DNA of 64,000 bases from Escherichia coli (GCF_002854065.1 NZ_CP024147.1), one strand, 5' to 3'; shown: positions 34,339 through 47,902, numbered from the stretch's first letter. The notes: generated by a model from the letters alone, not told the origin. A program made the numbers and translations.

Positions 34339-34752
34339 TCAACCGTTGATTTCTTCGCCGTTTTCGCCATCAGTGAAGCGTAAAGAGGCAGAGTTAACAC
34401 AATAACGTTCGCCCGTTGGCTGCGGCCCGTCGGGGAAGACATGTCCCAGATGGGCATCACAGTTACCGCAACGAATTTCTATGCGCTGCATTCCATGTGA
34501 CAAGTCTTTGATATAACGAATGGATTCTTCACTTACCGGTTCGTAGAAACTGGGCCAGCCACAGCCGGAATCATACTTGGTTTGGGAATGAAACAGCGGG
34601 GCATCGCAGATCAAACAGTGATATACGCCGTCACGCTTGTTATGCAGTAAACGACCCGTAAATGGCGGCTCTGTCCCATGATTCTGCGTCACGTAAAACT
34701 GCATCTCGGACAAATTTTTTTTCAGTTCTTCTGCCGAAGGTTTATTAGCCAT
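34339..34752 (-). CDS. msrB: peptide methionine-(R)-sulfoxide reductase (137 aa)
   Basis: ORF 34339..34782; start at [12 protein letters not shown]; two CxxC Zn-site pairs and catalytic Cys. Confidence 0.9.
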
Positions 34753-35081
34753 TTGCTCACATCTCACTTTAATCGTGCTCACATTACGTGACTAATTCTA
34801 ACAAAACATTAACACCAACTGGCAAAATTTTGTCCTAAACTTGATCTCGACGAAATGGCTGCACCTAAATCGTGATGAAAATCACATTTTTATCGTAATT
34901 GCCCTTTAAAATTCGGGGCGCCGACCCCATGTGGTCTCAAGCCCAAAGGAAGAGTGAGGCGAGTCAGTCGCGTAATGCTTAGGCACAGGATTGATTTGTC
35001 GCAATGATTGACACGATTCCGCTTGACGCTGCGTAAGGTTTTTGTAATTTTACAGGCAACCTTTTATTCACTAACAAATAG

Positions 35082-36089
<1,008 letters not shown>

Positions 36090-36111
36090 GTTGAGATGAC
36101 ACTGTGATCTA

Positions 36112-36142
36112 AAAAGAGCGACTTCGGTCGCTCTTTTTTTTA
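36112..36142 (+). terminator. intrinsic terminator of gapA
   Basis: AAAAAGAGCGACTTCGGTCGCTCTTTTTTTT: GC-rich hairpin plus U-run, 22 nt after the stop. Confidence 0.8.
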
Positions 36143-36172
36143 CCTGATAAAATGAAGTTAAAGGACTGCGTC

Positions 36173-37057
36173 ATGATTAAGAAAATTTTTGCCCTTCCGG
36201 TCATCGAACAAACCTCCCCTGTCCTCTCCCGTCGTAAACTGGATGAACTGGACCTCATTGTGGTCGATCATCCCCAGGTAAAAGCCTCTTTTGCATTACA
36301 GGGCGCACACCTTCTCTCGTGGAAACCTGCGGGTGAAGAAGAAGTTCTGTGGTTGAGCAACAACACACCGTTCAAAAATGGCGTCGCTATTCGCGGTGGC
36401 GTACCGGTTTGCTGGCCGTGGTTTGGTCCGGCGGCACAACAAGGCCTGCCTGCGCACGGTTTTGCCCGCAACCTGCCGTGGACGCTGAAATCACATCGTG
36501 AAGATGCTGATGGCGTAGCGCTGACTTTTGAATTGACACAAAGCGAAGAGACGAAAAAATTCTGGCCGCACGACTTTACGCTGTTAGCGCATTTCCGCGT
36601 GGGTAAAACCTGTGAAATCGATCTTGAAGCACACGGCGAATTTGAAACCACCTCTGCCCTGCATACCTACTTTAACGTGGGTGATATCGCTAAGGTAAGC
36701 GTCAGTGGGCTGGGCGATCGCTTCATTGATAAAGTAAATGACGCGAAAGAAGATGTACTGACCGACGGTATTCAGACCTTCCCTGACCGTACCGATCGCG
36801 TGTATCTGAATCCGCAAGATTGCAGCGTGATTAATGATGAAGCGCTGAATCGTATTATCGCCGTAGGCCACCAGCATCATCTGAACGTTGTAGGCTGGAA
36901 CCCGGGACCGGCGCTTTCAGTTAGCATGGGCGACATGCCGGACGATGGCTACAAGACCTTTGTTTGTGTAGAAACAGCTTACGCCTCAGAAATGCAAAAA
37001 GTGACCAAAGAAAAACCTGCACATCTGGCGCAATCCATTCGCGTTGCCAAACGTTAA
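36173..37057 (+). CDS. yeaD: glucose-6-phosphate 1-epimerase-family (aldose 1-epimerase-like) protein (294 aa)
   Basis: ORF 36152..37057; start at MIKKIFALPVIEQ. Confidence 0.85.
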   Translation: MIKKIFALPVIEQTSPVLSRRKLDELDLIVVDHPQVKASFALQGAHLLSWKPAGEEEVLWLSNNTPFKNGVAIRGGVPVCWPWFGPAAQQGLPAHGFARNLPWTLKSHREDADGVALTFELTQSEETKKFWPHDFTLLAHFRVGKTCEIDLEAHGEFETTSALHTYFNVGDIAKVSVSGLGDRFIDKVNDAKEDVLTDGIQTFPDRTDRVYLNPQDCSVINDEALNRIIAVGHQHHLNVVGWNPGPALSVSMGDMPDDGYKTFVCVETAYASEMQKVTKEKPAHLAQSIRVAKR

Positions 37058-37107
37058 TTTGCGTCAATGTTGTGTGCCGGGTGCGATGCATCCGGCACGT
37101 ATCAACA

Positions 37108-37962
37108 TCACACCATATCCAGCGCAGTTTTTCCTTTTGGTGCCGGATACGCTTTGTCCAGCATGGCTAATTCCGCTGACGAAAGTTCGACCTCAAGCAC
37201 AGCCGCATTCTGTTGGACATGGGCAATCGTGGCCGCTTTTGGAATCGCCATCACACCCTGATGGCTGATTACCCACGCCAACAATACTTGTGCCGCGCTG
37301 ATATTGTGAGCATGTGCAATTTCGTTGACTACCGCGTTTTTTAACAGTCCATTGCGCAACCGCCCGGCCTGGGCTAACGGACTGTAAGCCATCACCGGCA
37401 TCTGCTGTTGCTGGCACCAGGGGAGTAGATCGTACTCAATCCCTCGTGAACCGAGATGGTAAAGCACCTGATTAGTGGCACACTGATTTCCCCCCGGCAG
37501 CTGCCAGAGTTCCTGCATATCAGCATAATCAAGGTTCGAAACGCCCCAGCGGCGGATTTTTCCCTGGGCGATCATTTTTTCCATCGCTGCGACAGTCTCT
37601 TCAAAAGCGAAACTGCCAGACCAGTGTAATAAGTAGAGATCGAGATAATCAGTATTGAGACGGCGTAAACTGGCTTCGCATGCATTTATCGCTTTTTGCC
37701 CGCCAGCATTCCACGGATAGACTTTAGAGACGAGAAAGACGTTATCACGCAGACCGGTTAATGCTTCCCCAACCACCTTTTCGGCACCACCATCGGCATA
37801 CATTTCGGCGGTATCAATGAGGGTTAAACCGAGCTCAATGCCCGCGCGTAGTGCAGCAACTTCTGTTTTACACTTACTGGCATCTTCGCCCATATACCAT
37901 GTTCCCTGCCCTATGGCTGGCAGTGAGACATCGCCACTAAATTGAATCATTTTTTGTTGCAT
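37108..37962 (-). CDS. yeaE: aldo-keto reductase (284 aa)
   Basis: ORF track 37108..37962. Confidence 0.85.
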   Translation of the reverse strand: MQQKMIQFSGDVSLPAIGQGTWYMGEDASKCKTEVAALRAGIELGLTLIDTAEMYADGGAEKVVGEALTGLRDNVFLVSKVYPWNAGGQKAINACEASLRRLNTDYLDLYLLHWSGSFAFEETVAAMEKMIAQGKIRRWGVSNLDYADMQELWQLPGGNQCATNQVLYHLGSRGIEYDLLPWCQQQQMPVMAYSPLAQAGRLRNGLLKNAVVNEIAHAHNISAAQVLLAWVISHQGVMAIPKAATIAHVQQNAAVLEVELSSAELAMLDKAYPAPKGKTALDMV

Positions 37963-37995
37963 TGTTTCCTCCCAGGTATTGCACCACCGTAATGC

Positions 37996-38021
37996 AAAAC
38001 AGGGCGTGACGCCCTGTTTTT
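37996..38021. terminator. bidirectional intrinsic terminator between yeaE and mipA
   Basis: AAAACAGGGCGTGACGCCCTGTTTTT: perfect hairpin flanked by A-run and T-run. Confidence 0.6.
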
Positions 38022-38051
38022 ATGCACAAAATGCCCTGGAAAGATGCATTA

Positions 38052-38798
38052 TCAGAATTTGTAGGTGATCCCGGTAGAAATCAGGCCAGTCCAGGATTTA
38101 TCCACCATCGGGCTGTCAGTAACTTCATCAGACAGACGGGTGTAGCGCGCGGTACCGTAAACACTCCAGTCGCCGAGGAAGTTGTAGCTGGCGCTCAGCT
38201 CCAGGTAAGGGCTCCAGCTGTCGTTCGGGTTATAGCCACGCAGACCGCTGCGAGCGGACTCTTTGCGCGATACGCCATAATAGTATTCGTTCTGGTTTTC
38301 GCTGTTCCACTGCACACCAATACCCGGAGTCACGGTCAGGCCACCGTTGGTGTAACGATACAACCAGGCCATATCCCAGACGATGCCGTTGCTGTTATCC
38401 AGGGTATCGCCAGCCAGGGTGGTACGCAGGTAACCGTACTGGGTAAAGTGAGCATAAGACAGACCAGCCATCATGGTGCTCTTACGGTCATCCAGGTGAC
38501 GCATTTGGTGATCGCCACTGTCTTTAGCTTTGAAGTAAAGCGGCGACCAGTAAGCGGTAATTGAAAGTTTATCCGTTGCGTCATTCCACAGGTAGTAACC
38601 ACCACCTAAGCCACGGAACCAGAAGTTATCGCCTTCATAGTTGATTACCGGTACTGGGTAAACATCGGTATCGTAATCTTTATATGGGTGTTCAACGACA
38701 CCTACGCCTGCGCCCAGGGAAAATTTACCTTCAGCGTGCGCTACGCCTGCAGACGTTGCGATAAGCACTCCAAGTGCCAGAAGTTTGAGTTTGGTCAC
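38052..38798 (-). CDS. mipA: MltA-interacting outer membrane protein (248 aa)
   Basis: Signal peptide MTKLKLLALGVLIATSAGVAHA; beta-barrel-like alternating pattern; C-terminal aromatic residue. Confidence 0.9.
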   Translation of the reverse strand: MTKLKLLALGVLIATSAGVAHAEGKFSLGAGVGVVEHPYKDYDTDVYPVPVINYEGDNFWFRGLGGGYYLWNDATDKLSITAYWSPLYFKAKDSGDHQMRHLDDRKSTMMAGLSYAHFTQYGYLRTTLAGDTLDNSNGIVWDMAWLYRYTNGGLTVTPGIGVQWNSENQNEYYYGVSRKESARSGLRGYNPNDSWSPYLELSASYNFLGDWSVYGTARYTRLSDEVTDSPMVDKSWTGLISTGITYKF

Positions 38799-39114
38799 AA
38801 TTAATCATTCCTTAAACAAATGTTTAGCGGGCGACAAAGTTTACCCGTCAATACATCGAAACCCAACCTTTTTACGTTTTCATTTTTTAAAGTAACTGTT
38901 TAATTTTCCTGACGCAGATGACACCGCGCTTACAGCCAAATGAATTTAGCGTTACTGGCGAGCCTGGTCTTTACATTAATTATGCAAAATTTATGGATGA
39001 GTTGTTGATATGCCATTGAAATTAAGAAAGCCGTGTAGGCAAGTTTTCCATTTGCCATCTACGCTTAATTTTGAAGGTGTATCACCGGGCACGTTGTTCT
39101 CATCGTCGATAAAA

Positions 39115-39130
39115 TGGCATGAGAGTTGCT
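39115..39130 (+). promoter_or_regulatory. candidate sigma-54 promoter for yeaGH
   Basis: TGGCATgagagTTGCT, close to TGGCAC-N5-TTGCA, ~105 nt upstream of the yeaG ATG. Confidence 0.4.
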
Positions 39131-39233
39131 GTGTTTTAGCAAGAGACGTCGTTCAGTTTACCTCTTCCGGGAGCCTCTACTATTCATATGAACGGCTCTT
39201 AACCTGTGCTAAAAAACGAAAGGACGGCATACC

Positions 39234-41168
39234 ATGAATATATTCGATCACTATCGCCAGCGATATGAAGCTGCCAAGGACGAAGAGTTCACACTGCAGG
39301 AGTTTCTTACCACTTGTCGGCAAGATCGCAGTGCTTATGCCAACGCGGCTGAGCGGCTATTGATGGCTATCGGTGAGCCTGTCATGGTCGATACAGCCCA
39401 GGAACCCAGACTTTCTCGACTCTTTTCTAACCGGGTCATTGCACGTTATCCGGCGTTTGAAGAGTTTTACGGCATGGAAGACGCGATTGAACAGATTGTC
39501 TCTTATCTGAAACACGCGGCTCAGGGGCTGGAAGAGAAGAAACAAATCCTGTATCTGCTGGGGCCTGTGGGTGGGGGTAAATCATCGCTTGCTGAGCGAC
39601 TGAAATCATTAATGCAGCTCGTACCGATTTATGTATTGAGCGCCAACGGTGAGCGTAGCCCGGTCAACGATCATCCGTTCTGTCTTTTCAATCCGCAGGA
39701 AGATGCGCAGATTCTGGAAAAAGAGTATGGCATTCCTCGCCGTTATCTCGGCACCATCATGTCGCCGTGGGCGGCAAAACGTCTGCATGAATTTGGTGGC
39801 GATATTACTAAGTTCCGGGTAGTGAAGGTCTGGCCGTCCATTCTGCAACAAATTGCTATCGCCAAAACAGAGCCCGGTGATGAGAACAACCAGGACATCT
39901 CCGCGCTGGTAGGGAAAGTCGATATTCGTAAACTCGAACACTACGCGCAGAATGACCCAGACGCCTATGGCTATTCCGGCGCACTGTGCCGCGCCAACCA
40001 GGGGATCATGGAATTCGTTGAGATGTTTAAAGCACCGATTAAAGTGCTGCATCCCTTGTTAACCGCCACTCAGGAAGGTAACTACAACGGGACGGAAGGT
40101 ATCTCCGCCCTGCCGTTCAACGGGATTATTCTTGCCCACTCGAACGAGTCCGAATGGGTCACTTTCCGTAATAACAAAAACAACGAAGCCTTCCTCGACC
40201 GTGTTTACATCGTGAAGGTGCCATATTGCTTGCGCATTTCCGAAGAGATCAAAATCTACGAGAAATTGCTTAATCACAGTGAATTGACTCACGCCCCATG
40301 CGCCCCTGGCACGCTCGAAACACTGTCACGTTTTTCCATTCTTTCGCGCCTGAAAGAGCCAGAAAACTCCAGCATTTATTCAAAGATGCGGGTTTATGAT
40401 GGCGAAAGTCTGAAAGACACCGATCCCAAAGCCAAGTCATATCAGGAATATCGTGACTACGCCGGTGTCGATGAAGGGATGAACGGTCTGTCGACGCGTT
40501 TTGCGTTTAAGATCCTCTCCCGCGTGTTCAACTTCGATCATGTAGAAGTGGCGGCAAACCCGGTCCATCTGTTCTACGTCCTGGAACAGCAGATCGAGCG
40601 CGAGCAGTTCCCACAAGAGCAGGCAGAACGCTATCTGGAGTTCCTGAAAGGTTATCTGATCCCGAAATATGCCGAGTTTATTGGCAAAGAGATCCAGACG
40701 GCCTACCTTGAATCCTATTCCGAATATGGGCAAAACATTTTCGACCGTTATGTTACCTACGCGGATTTCTGGATTCAGGATCAGGAGTATCGCGATCCGG
40801 ATACCGGGCAGCTGTTTGACCGCGAGTCTCTTAACGCCGAGCTGGAGAAAATCGAGAAACCGGCGGGGATCAGTAATCCAAAAGATTTCCGCAACGAGAT
40901 TGTTAACTTCGTACTGCGCGCCAGAGCCAATAACAGCGGACGCAATCCGAACTGGACCAGCTATGAAAAACTGCGCACGGTTATCGAGAAGAAAATGTTC
41001 TCCAATACCGAGGAGCTGTTGCCGGTTATCTCGTTTAACGCCAAAACGTCAACCGACGAGCAGAAGAAACACGACGACTTTGTCGACCGTATGATGGAAA
41101 AAGGCTACACCCGTAAACAGGTGCGTTTACTGTGCGAATGGTATTTGCGCGTACGTAAATCGTCTTAA
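39234..41168 (+). CDS. yeaG: PrkA-family protein kinase (644 aa)
   Basis: Walker-A-like GPVGGGKSS near N-terminus; full-length ORF. Confidence 0.9.
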   Translation: MNIFDHYRQRYEAAKDEEFTLQEFLTTCRQDRSAYANAAERLLMAIGEPVMVDTAQEPRLSRLFSNRVIARYPAFEEFYGMEDAIEQIVSYLKHAAQGLEEKKQILYLLGPVGGGKSSLAERLKSLMQLVPIYVLSANGERSPVNDHPFCLFNPQEDAQILEKEYGIPRRYLGTIMSPWAAKRLHEFGGDITKFRVVKVWPSILQQIAIAKTEPGDENNQDISALVGKVDIRKLEHYAQNDPDAYGYSGALCRANQGIMEFVEMFKAPIKVLHPLLTATQEGNYNGTEGISALPFNGIILAHSNESEWVTFRNNKNNEAFLDRVYIVKVPYCLRISEEIKIYEKLLNHSELTHAPCAPGTLETLSRFSILSRLKEPENSSIYSKMRVYDGESLKDTDPKAKSYQEYRDYAGVDEGMNGLSTRFAFKILSRVFNFDHVEVAANPVHLFYVLEQQIEREQFPQEQAERYLEFLKGYLIPKYAEFIGKEIQTAYLESYSEYGQNIFDRYVTYADFWIQDQEYRDPDTGQLFDRESLNAELEKIEKPAGISNPKDFRNEIVNFVLRARANNSGRNPNWTSYEKLRTVIEKKMFSNTEELLPVISFNAKTSTDEQKKHDDFVDRMMEKGYTRKQVRLLCEWYLRVRKSS

Positions 41169-41268
41169 CAACCCTGGCCCGGTACACATGCTACCGGGCC
41201 TACAACGACAGCGAACCGTGGGCCAGAGAAATGGCAACACAGGCGTAGCATACAGTTGGCAAATGTAG

Positions 41269-42564
<1,296 letters not shown>

Positions 42565-42710
42565 AACTATCAGCCGGGTCATTATCGCCTGGCTGATTTT
42601 TAGCTTACTGTAAATTATCTCATTTATTACATACATTAGCTTACAATCGCTTTAAATATGACAGCATAACCTTTACATAATTTAGTTCCAGAAAACAATC
42701 ATTCGGAAAA

Positions 42711-44186
42711 ATGATTCAGTCAACACGTATTTCCATGGGGTTATTCTTTAAATGTTTTTTATCGTTAACGAAAATTGATCCTGGTCAAAACTATATATCT
42801 CTGCCATCAATAAAATCCAGCACTCACATTGCTCTCCTTTTTATGGTTTCTATGGGTACACAAAAATTAAAAGCTCAAAGCTTTTTTATTTTCAGTTTAT
42901 TGCTGACGTTAATTTTATTTTGCATTACTACCTTATATAACGAAAACACAAATGTAAAACTCATCCCACAGATGAATTACCTGATGGTTGTTGTGGCTTT
43001 GTTTTTCCTTAACGCCGTCATTTTTCTTTTCATGTTAATGAAATATTTCACTAACAAACAAATTTTACCAACACTCATTTTAAGCCTTGCATTTTTAAGT
43101 GGCCTTATCTATTTAGTTGAAACCATTGTAATTATCCATAAACCAATTAACGGCAGTACACTGATCCAGACAAAGTCGAATGATGTTTCTATTTTCTATA
43201 TTTTCCGCCAACTCAGTTTTATTTGTTTAACCTCGCTGGCGCTCTTTTGTTATGGAAAAGACAACATCCTTGACAACAATAAGAAAAAAACTGGCATTCT
43301 GTTGCTGGCGCTGATTCCTTTTTTAGTTTTTCCCCTTCTGGCACACAATCTGAGCAGTTATAACGCTGACTATTCTTTGTATGTCGTCGATTACTGTCCG
43401 GACAACCATACTGCGACCTGGGGAATCAACTATACAAAAATATTGGTTTGTCTGTGGGCATTTTTACTGTTCTTTATTATCATGCGTACACGATTAGCCA
43501 GCGAACTATGGCCGTTAATAGCATTATTATGTCTGGCATCGCTATGCTGCAACTTACTTCTACTGACTCTGGATGAGTATAATTATACCATCTGGTATAT
43601 CAGTCGCGGGATTGAAGTCTCCAGTAAACTGTTTGTTGTGTCTTTTCTGATTTATAACATTTTTCAGGAGCTGCAACTCTCCAGCAAACTGGCAGTTCAT
43701 GATGTGCTGACCAATATTTATAATCGGCGCTACTTTTTCAACAGCGTAGAGTCATTATTGTCGCGACCTGTTGTTAAGGACTTCTGTGTCATGCTGGTTG
43801 ATATTAATCAGTTCAAACGCATCAATGCCCAATGGGGACATCGTGTGGGTGATAAAGTGCTGGTTTCAATTGTCGATATTATCCAGCAAAGCATCCGCCC
43901 CGATGATATTTTAGCGCGACTGGAGGGTGAGGTGTTTGGCTTGCTATTTACCGAACTCAATAGTGCCCAGGCAAAAATCATTGCGGAACGTATGCGTAAA
44001 AATGTCGAACTCCTGACCGGCTTTAGTAACAGATATGATGTTCCTGAACAAATGACCATCAGTATTGGCACGGTTTTTTCAACGGGTGACACGCGTAATA
44101 TCTCGCTTGTCATGACGGAAGCAGATAAAGCCTTACGCGAAGCGAAAAGCGAGGGGGGCAACAAAGTGATTATTCATCATATTTAA
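42711..44186 (+). CDS. yeaI: membrane protein with degenerate GGDEF domain (491 aa)
   Basis: N-terminal multi-TM region; C-terminal GGDEF-like domain whose signature reads EGEVF (LARLEGEVFGLLF). Confidence 0.8.
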   Translation: MIQSTRISMGLFFKCFLSLTKIDPGQNYISLPSIKSSTHIALLFMVSMGTQKLKAQSFFIFSLLLTLILFCITTLYNENTNVKLIPQMNYLMVVVALFFLNAVIFLFMLMKYFTNKQILPTLILSLAFLSGLIYLVETIVIIHKPINGSTLIQTKSNDVSIFYIFRQLSFICLTSLALFCYGKDNILDNNKKKTGILLLALIPFLVFPLLAHNLSSYNADYSLYVVDYCPDNHTATWGINYTKILVCLWAFLLFFIIMRTRLASELWPLIALLCLASLCCNLLLLTLDEYNYTIWYISRGIEVSSKLFVVSFLIYNIFQELQLSSKLAVHDVLTNIYNRRYFFNSVESLLSRPVVKDFCVMLVDINQFKRINAQWGHRVGDKVLVSIVDIIQQSIRPDDILARLEGEVFGLLFTELNSAQAKIIAERMRKNVELLTGFSNRYDVPEQMTISIGTVFSTGDTRNISLVMTEADKALREAKSEGGNKVIIHHI

Positions 44187-44366
44187 GTGCAAAAATATTC
44201 AGAGCCATGCTTTTTGCGTGGCTTTTGCATACAATTTATTACTATTACCCCTAAATTTCCCCTCCCCAGCGGCGCAGAGATGAGTATAATTAGCGCCCCT
44301 GTGCCAGGCCGCAATCGAACTTTATCTGGTTTTCTCGTTTCACTAACCGAAGGAGTGCCATTTATC

Positions 44367-45857
44367 ATGAAATTGCACCATAGAATGCTCCGGCATTTTA
44401 TCGCCGCAAGTGTCATTGTGCTGACATCTTCCTTCCTTATTTTTGAACTTGTCGCCAGCGACAGAGCAATGAGTGCCTATCTGCGCTATATCGTGCAGAA
44501 AGCAGACTCCTCCTTTCTTTATGATAAGTATCAGAATCAGAGTATTGCCGCGCATGTGATGCGCGCTCTCGCTGCTGAGCAGTCGGAAGTGTCGCCAGAA
44601 CAGCGGCGCGCCATCTGCGAGGCTTTTGAGTCTGCCAATAATACCCATGGCTTAAACCTGACTGCCCATAAATACCCGGGCTTACGCGGCACACTACAAA
44701 CCGCATCCACTGACTGCGACACAATTGTGGAAGCTGCAGCACTATTACCCGCTTTTGATCAGGCAGTGGAAGGCAACCGCCACCAGGATGATTACGGTTC
44801 AGGTCTTGGGATGGCCGAAGAGAAATTTCACTATTATCTCGATCTCAATGACCGCTATGTCTATTTTTATGAGCCGGTTAATGTTGAATACTTTGCGATG
44901 AATAACTGGTCCTTCCTGCAGTCAGGAAGTATTGGCATCGATCGCAAAGATATTGAAAAGGTATTTACCGGGCGTACCGTATTGTCGAGCATTTACCAGG
45001 ATCAGCGTACTAAACAGAACGTGATGAGTTTGCTGACGCCGGTGTATGTTGCAGGGCAGCTAAAAGGGATTGTGCTGCTGGATATTAACAAAAACAATCT
45101 GCGGAATATCTTTTACACTCATGACCGCCCTCTCCTCTGGCGTTTTCTCAATGTCACGCTAACCGATACAGATTCGGGGCGCGACATTATCATCAACCAG
45201 AGCGAAGATAATCTGTTCCAGTATGTCAGTTACGTCCATGACTTACCGGGCGGCATTCGTGTCTCGTTATCCATTGATATTCTTTACTTTATCACGTCTT
45301 CGTGGAAAAGCGTTCTGTTCTGGATTTTGACGGCGTTAATTTTGCTGAATATGGTGCGGATGCACTTCCGCTTATACCAAAATGTGTCGCGAGAAAATAT
45401 TAGTGATGCGATGACTGGACTGTATAATCGCAAAATTTTAACCCCTGAACTGGAGCAGCGGTTGCAGAAACTGGTGCAATCCGGTTCTTCGGTGATGTTT
45501 ATTGCAATTGACATGGACAAGTTAAAGCTAATAAATGACACCCTCGGTCATCAGGAAGGGGATTTAGCGATTACGTTGTTAGCTCAGGCGATTAAACAAT
45601 CGATTCGTAAAAGTGATTATGCCATCCGACTCGGTGGCGATGAATTCTGCATCATTCTTGTCGATTCGACGCCGCAAATTGCATCACAACTACCTGAACG
45701 TATCGAAAAACGTCTGCAACATATCGCGCCGCAGAAAGAGATCGGCTTCTCTTCCGGTATTTACGCGATGAAAGAAAACGATACGTTACATGATGCGTAT
45801 AAAGCTTCCGATGAGCGTTTATATGTCAATAAGCAGAACAAAAACAGCCGTTCATGA
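44367..45857 (+). CDS. yeaJ: membrane-anchored diguanylate cyclase with periplasmic sensor domain (496 aa)
   Basis: ORF 44187..45857; start at MKLHHRMLRHFIAASVIVL; intact GGDEF signature (IRLGGDEFCIIL). Confidence 0.8.
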   Translation: MKLHHRMLRHFIAASVIVLTSSFLIFELVASDRAMSAYLRYIVQKADSSFLYDKYQNQSIAAHVMRALAAEQSEVSPEQRRAICEAFESANNTHGLNLTAHKYPGLRGTLQTASTDCDTIVEAAALLPAFDQAVEGNRHQDDYGSGLGMAEEKFHYYLDLNDRYVYFYEPVNVEYFAMNNWSFLQSGSIGIDRKDIEKVFTGRTVLSSIYQDQRTKQNVMSLLTPVYVAGQLKGIVLLDINKNNLRNIFYTHDRPLLWRFLNVTLTDTDSGRDIIINQSEDNLFQYVSYVHDLPGGIRVSLSIDILYFITSSWKSVLFWILTALILLNMVRMHFRLYQNVSRENISDAMTGLYNRKILTPELEQRLQKLVQSGSSVMFIAIDMDKLKLINDTLGHQEGDLAITLLAQAIKQSIRKSDYAIRLGGDEFCIILVDSTPQIASQLPERIEKRLQHIAPQKEIGFSSGIYAMKENDTLHDAYKASDERLYVNKQNKNSRS

Positions 45858-45899
45858 TAACCTTCTGTGATTGTTTGCTTGTAATCTCAGGAGCATGAA

Positions 45900-46403
45900 A
45901 TGACTGAAATGGCTAAAGGAAGCGTGACGCATCAGCGGTTAATCGCTTTATTATCACAAGAAGGTGCTGATTTCCGCGTCGTTACCCATGAAGCGGTAGG
46001 TAAATGTGAAGCGGTGTCAGAAATTCGTGGCACCGCTCTAGGCCAGGGTGCTAAGGCACTGGTATGTAAAGTCAAAGGCAATGGCGTAAATCAACATGTT
46101 CTGGCAATCCTCGCAGCCGATCAACAGGCCGATCTGAGCCAACTCGCCAGCCATATAGGCGGATTACGCGCTTCGTTGGCCAGCCCGGCGGAAGTCGATG
46201 AACTCACAGGCTGTGTCTTCGGCGCGATCCCCCCTTTCAGCTTCCATCCAAAACTCAAACTGGTTGCCGACCCTCTACTCTTCGAACGATTTGATGAAAT
46301 CGCCTTCAATGCAGGCATGCTGGATAAATCCGTTATTTTGAAAACCGCGGATTATTTGCGCATTGCGCAACCAGAACTGGTCAATTTCCGCCGCACTGCG
46401 TAA
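45900..46403 (+). CDS. yeaK: YbaK/ProX-type aminoacyl-tRNA deacylase-like protein (167 aa)
   Basis: ORF track 45900..46403. Confidence 0.8.
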   Translation: MTEMAKGSVTHQRLIALLSQEGADFRVVTHEAVGKCEAVSEIRGTALGQGAKALVCKVKGNGVNQHVLAILAADQQADLSQLASHIGGLRASLASPAEVDELTGCVFGAIPPFSFHPKLKLVADPLLFERFDEIAFNAGMLDKSVILKTADYLRIAQPELVNFRRTA

Positions 46404-46508
46404 CTAGCCTGTCCGTTCAATAAGCAGAACGGACAAAACCAGCACAACCGCAATGGCAAAAAACGATGACGTGATAATCAGTGTCTCGACGAACATTTGA
46501 TCGTTCAT
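46404..46508 (-). CDS. yoaI: small membrane protein (34 aa)
   Basis: Reverse strand ATG at 46506-46508: [34 protein letters not shown]; abuts yeaK stop. Confidence 0.6.
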   Translation of the reverse strand: MNDQMFVETLIITSSFFAIAVVLVLSVLLIERTG

Positions 46509-46677
46509 AGCATGCCCCCGGGAGATAGCTGTTTTCACGTTATTGTTAGCGTGCACAAATGGCAGTTTGATGACAGTTCGCCTGATTTTTTATGCAAAAA
46601 ACGTAAAGATTTTCTACTTCCTTCCTGCAGCAAGCGTAAAGTAAGCAGGCTTATTATTTTTTGGCAAGGAAACCACG

Positions 46678-47124
46678 ATGTTTGATGTCACTTTGCTGAT
46701 CCTGCTCGGGTTAGCTGCGCTGGGCTTTATCAGTCATAACACCACTGTCGCCGTTTCAATTCTGGTGTTGATTATTGTCCGCGTCACACCGTTAAGCACC
46801 TTTTTCCCGTGGATTGAAAAACAGGGGCTAAGTATCGGGATAATCATTCTGACGATTGGCGTTATGGCCCCCATCGCCAGCGGGACGCTACCGCCCTCAA
46901 CCCTGATTCACTCGTTTCTGAACTGGAAATCGCTGGTGGCAATTGCAGTAGGCGTTATTGTCTCCTGGCTGGGGGGGCGCGGCGTGACGTTAATGGGCAG
47001 CCAGCCGCAACTGGTCGCCGGGCTGCTGGTGGGCACTGTTTTAGGCGTGGCGCTGTTTCGCGGCGTACCGGTTGGCCCGCTTATTGCCGCGGGTCTGGTT
47101 TCGCTGATTGTGGGGAAGCAGTAG
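46678..47124 (+). CDS. yeaL: UPF0756-family inner membrane protein (148 aa)
   Basis: ORF track; four hydrophobic helices. Confidence 0.8.
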
Positions 47125-47902
47125 TTAATCCCGCAATATATCGGCCTGGCGTTTGCCCCAGGCCTTTCTTAAACATAGTAATAAAGGCTGTTGTTGAATC
47201 ATACCCCAGCGTATGAGCAACTTTCTGTACAGTATCGCCTTTCACTAATCCCTGAAGCGCCATAATCAGCTGTAACTGCTGACGCCACTGGCGAAAACTC
47301 AACCCCGTCTCTTTTACTATCAGTCGGGCAAGATTGCGTTCACTCATCGCAAAAAAGCCAGCCCATTGCCCCAATGAGCCCCACTCGACGGGCTCTTTCG
47401 CCATCATCTCCACCATCGTGCGGATTTTAGGATGAGAAGAAACGGGCAAGTGCAGCTGTTGTTGTGGCTGCTGAGGGAGTTCATCAAACAGGACCTGAAT
47501 TAATCTGCAGGTCATCGGCTCAGCACGCTGAGTCGTCGTCCTGTTTGCCAGGGTTAAAATCAATTCCCGGCATAAGGGCGATATTTTCAATGTGCAACAT
47601 GTTGTCGGCATTGTCACTGCGCTGGGTTCGATAAACAGAAAACAGAGTTCAGCGTTAGCTGTCACTTGATTGCTATGCTTCACCCCGCCCGGTATCCAAA
47701 CCGCATATTGTGGCGGCACCATCCACAAAGCATTTTCCACCGTACAGGTAATTGCACCATGTAATGCTAGTATCAGCTGTCCTTTGCGGTGCTGATGTAC
47801 AGGACTGGTTAACTCATCCGTTCCGGCGTGAATACAAAATGCGACCGCGGCTTCATGGTGTCGGTCGGGTTCATAGCCATTGAGATTCAACCTGTGCATC
47901 AT
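47081..47902 (-). CDS. yeaM: AraC-family transcriptional regulator (273 aa)
   Basis: Cupin-like N-terminal domain plus C-terminal AraC HTH; 3' end overlaps yeaL 3' end by 44 nt. Confidence 0.8.

Noticed and set aside
46624-46665. Possible terminator-like hairpin plus T-run immediately upstream of the yeaL start
   Set aside because: The stem is only 5 bp (CCTGC/GCAGG) with a 16-nt loop; too weak to call as a terminator or attenuator without transcript data.
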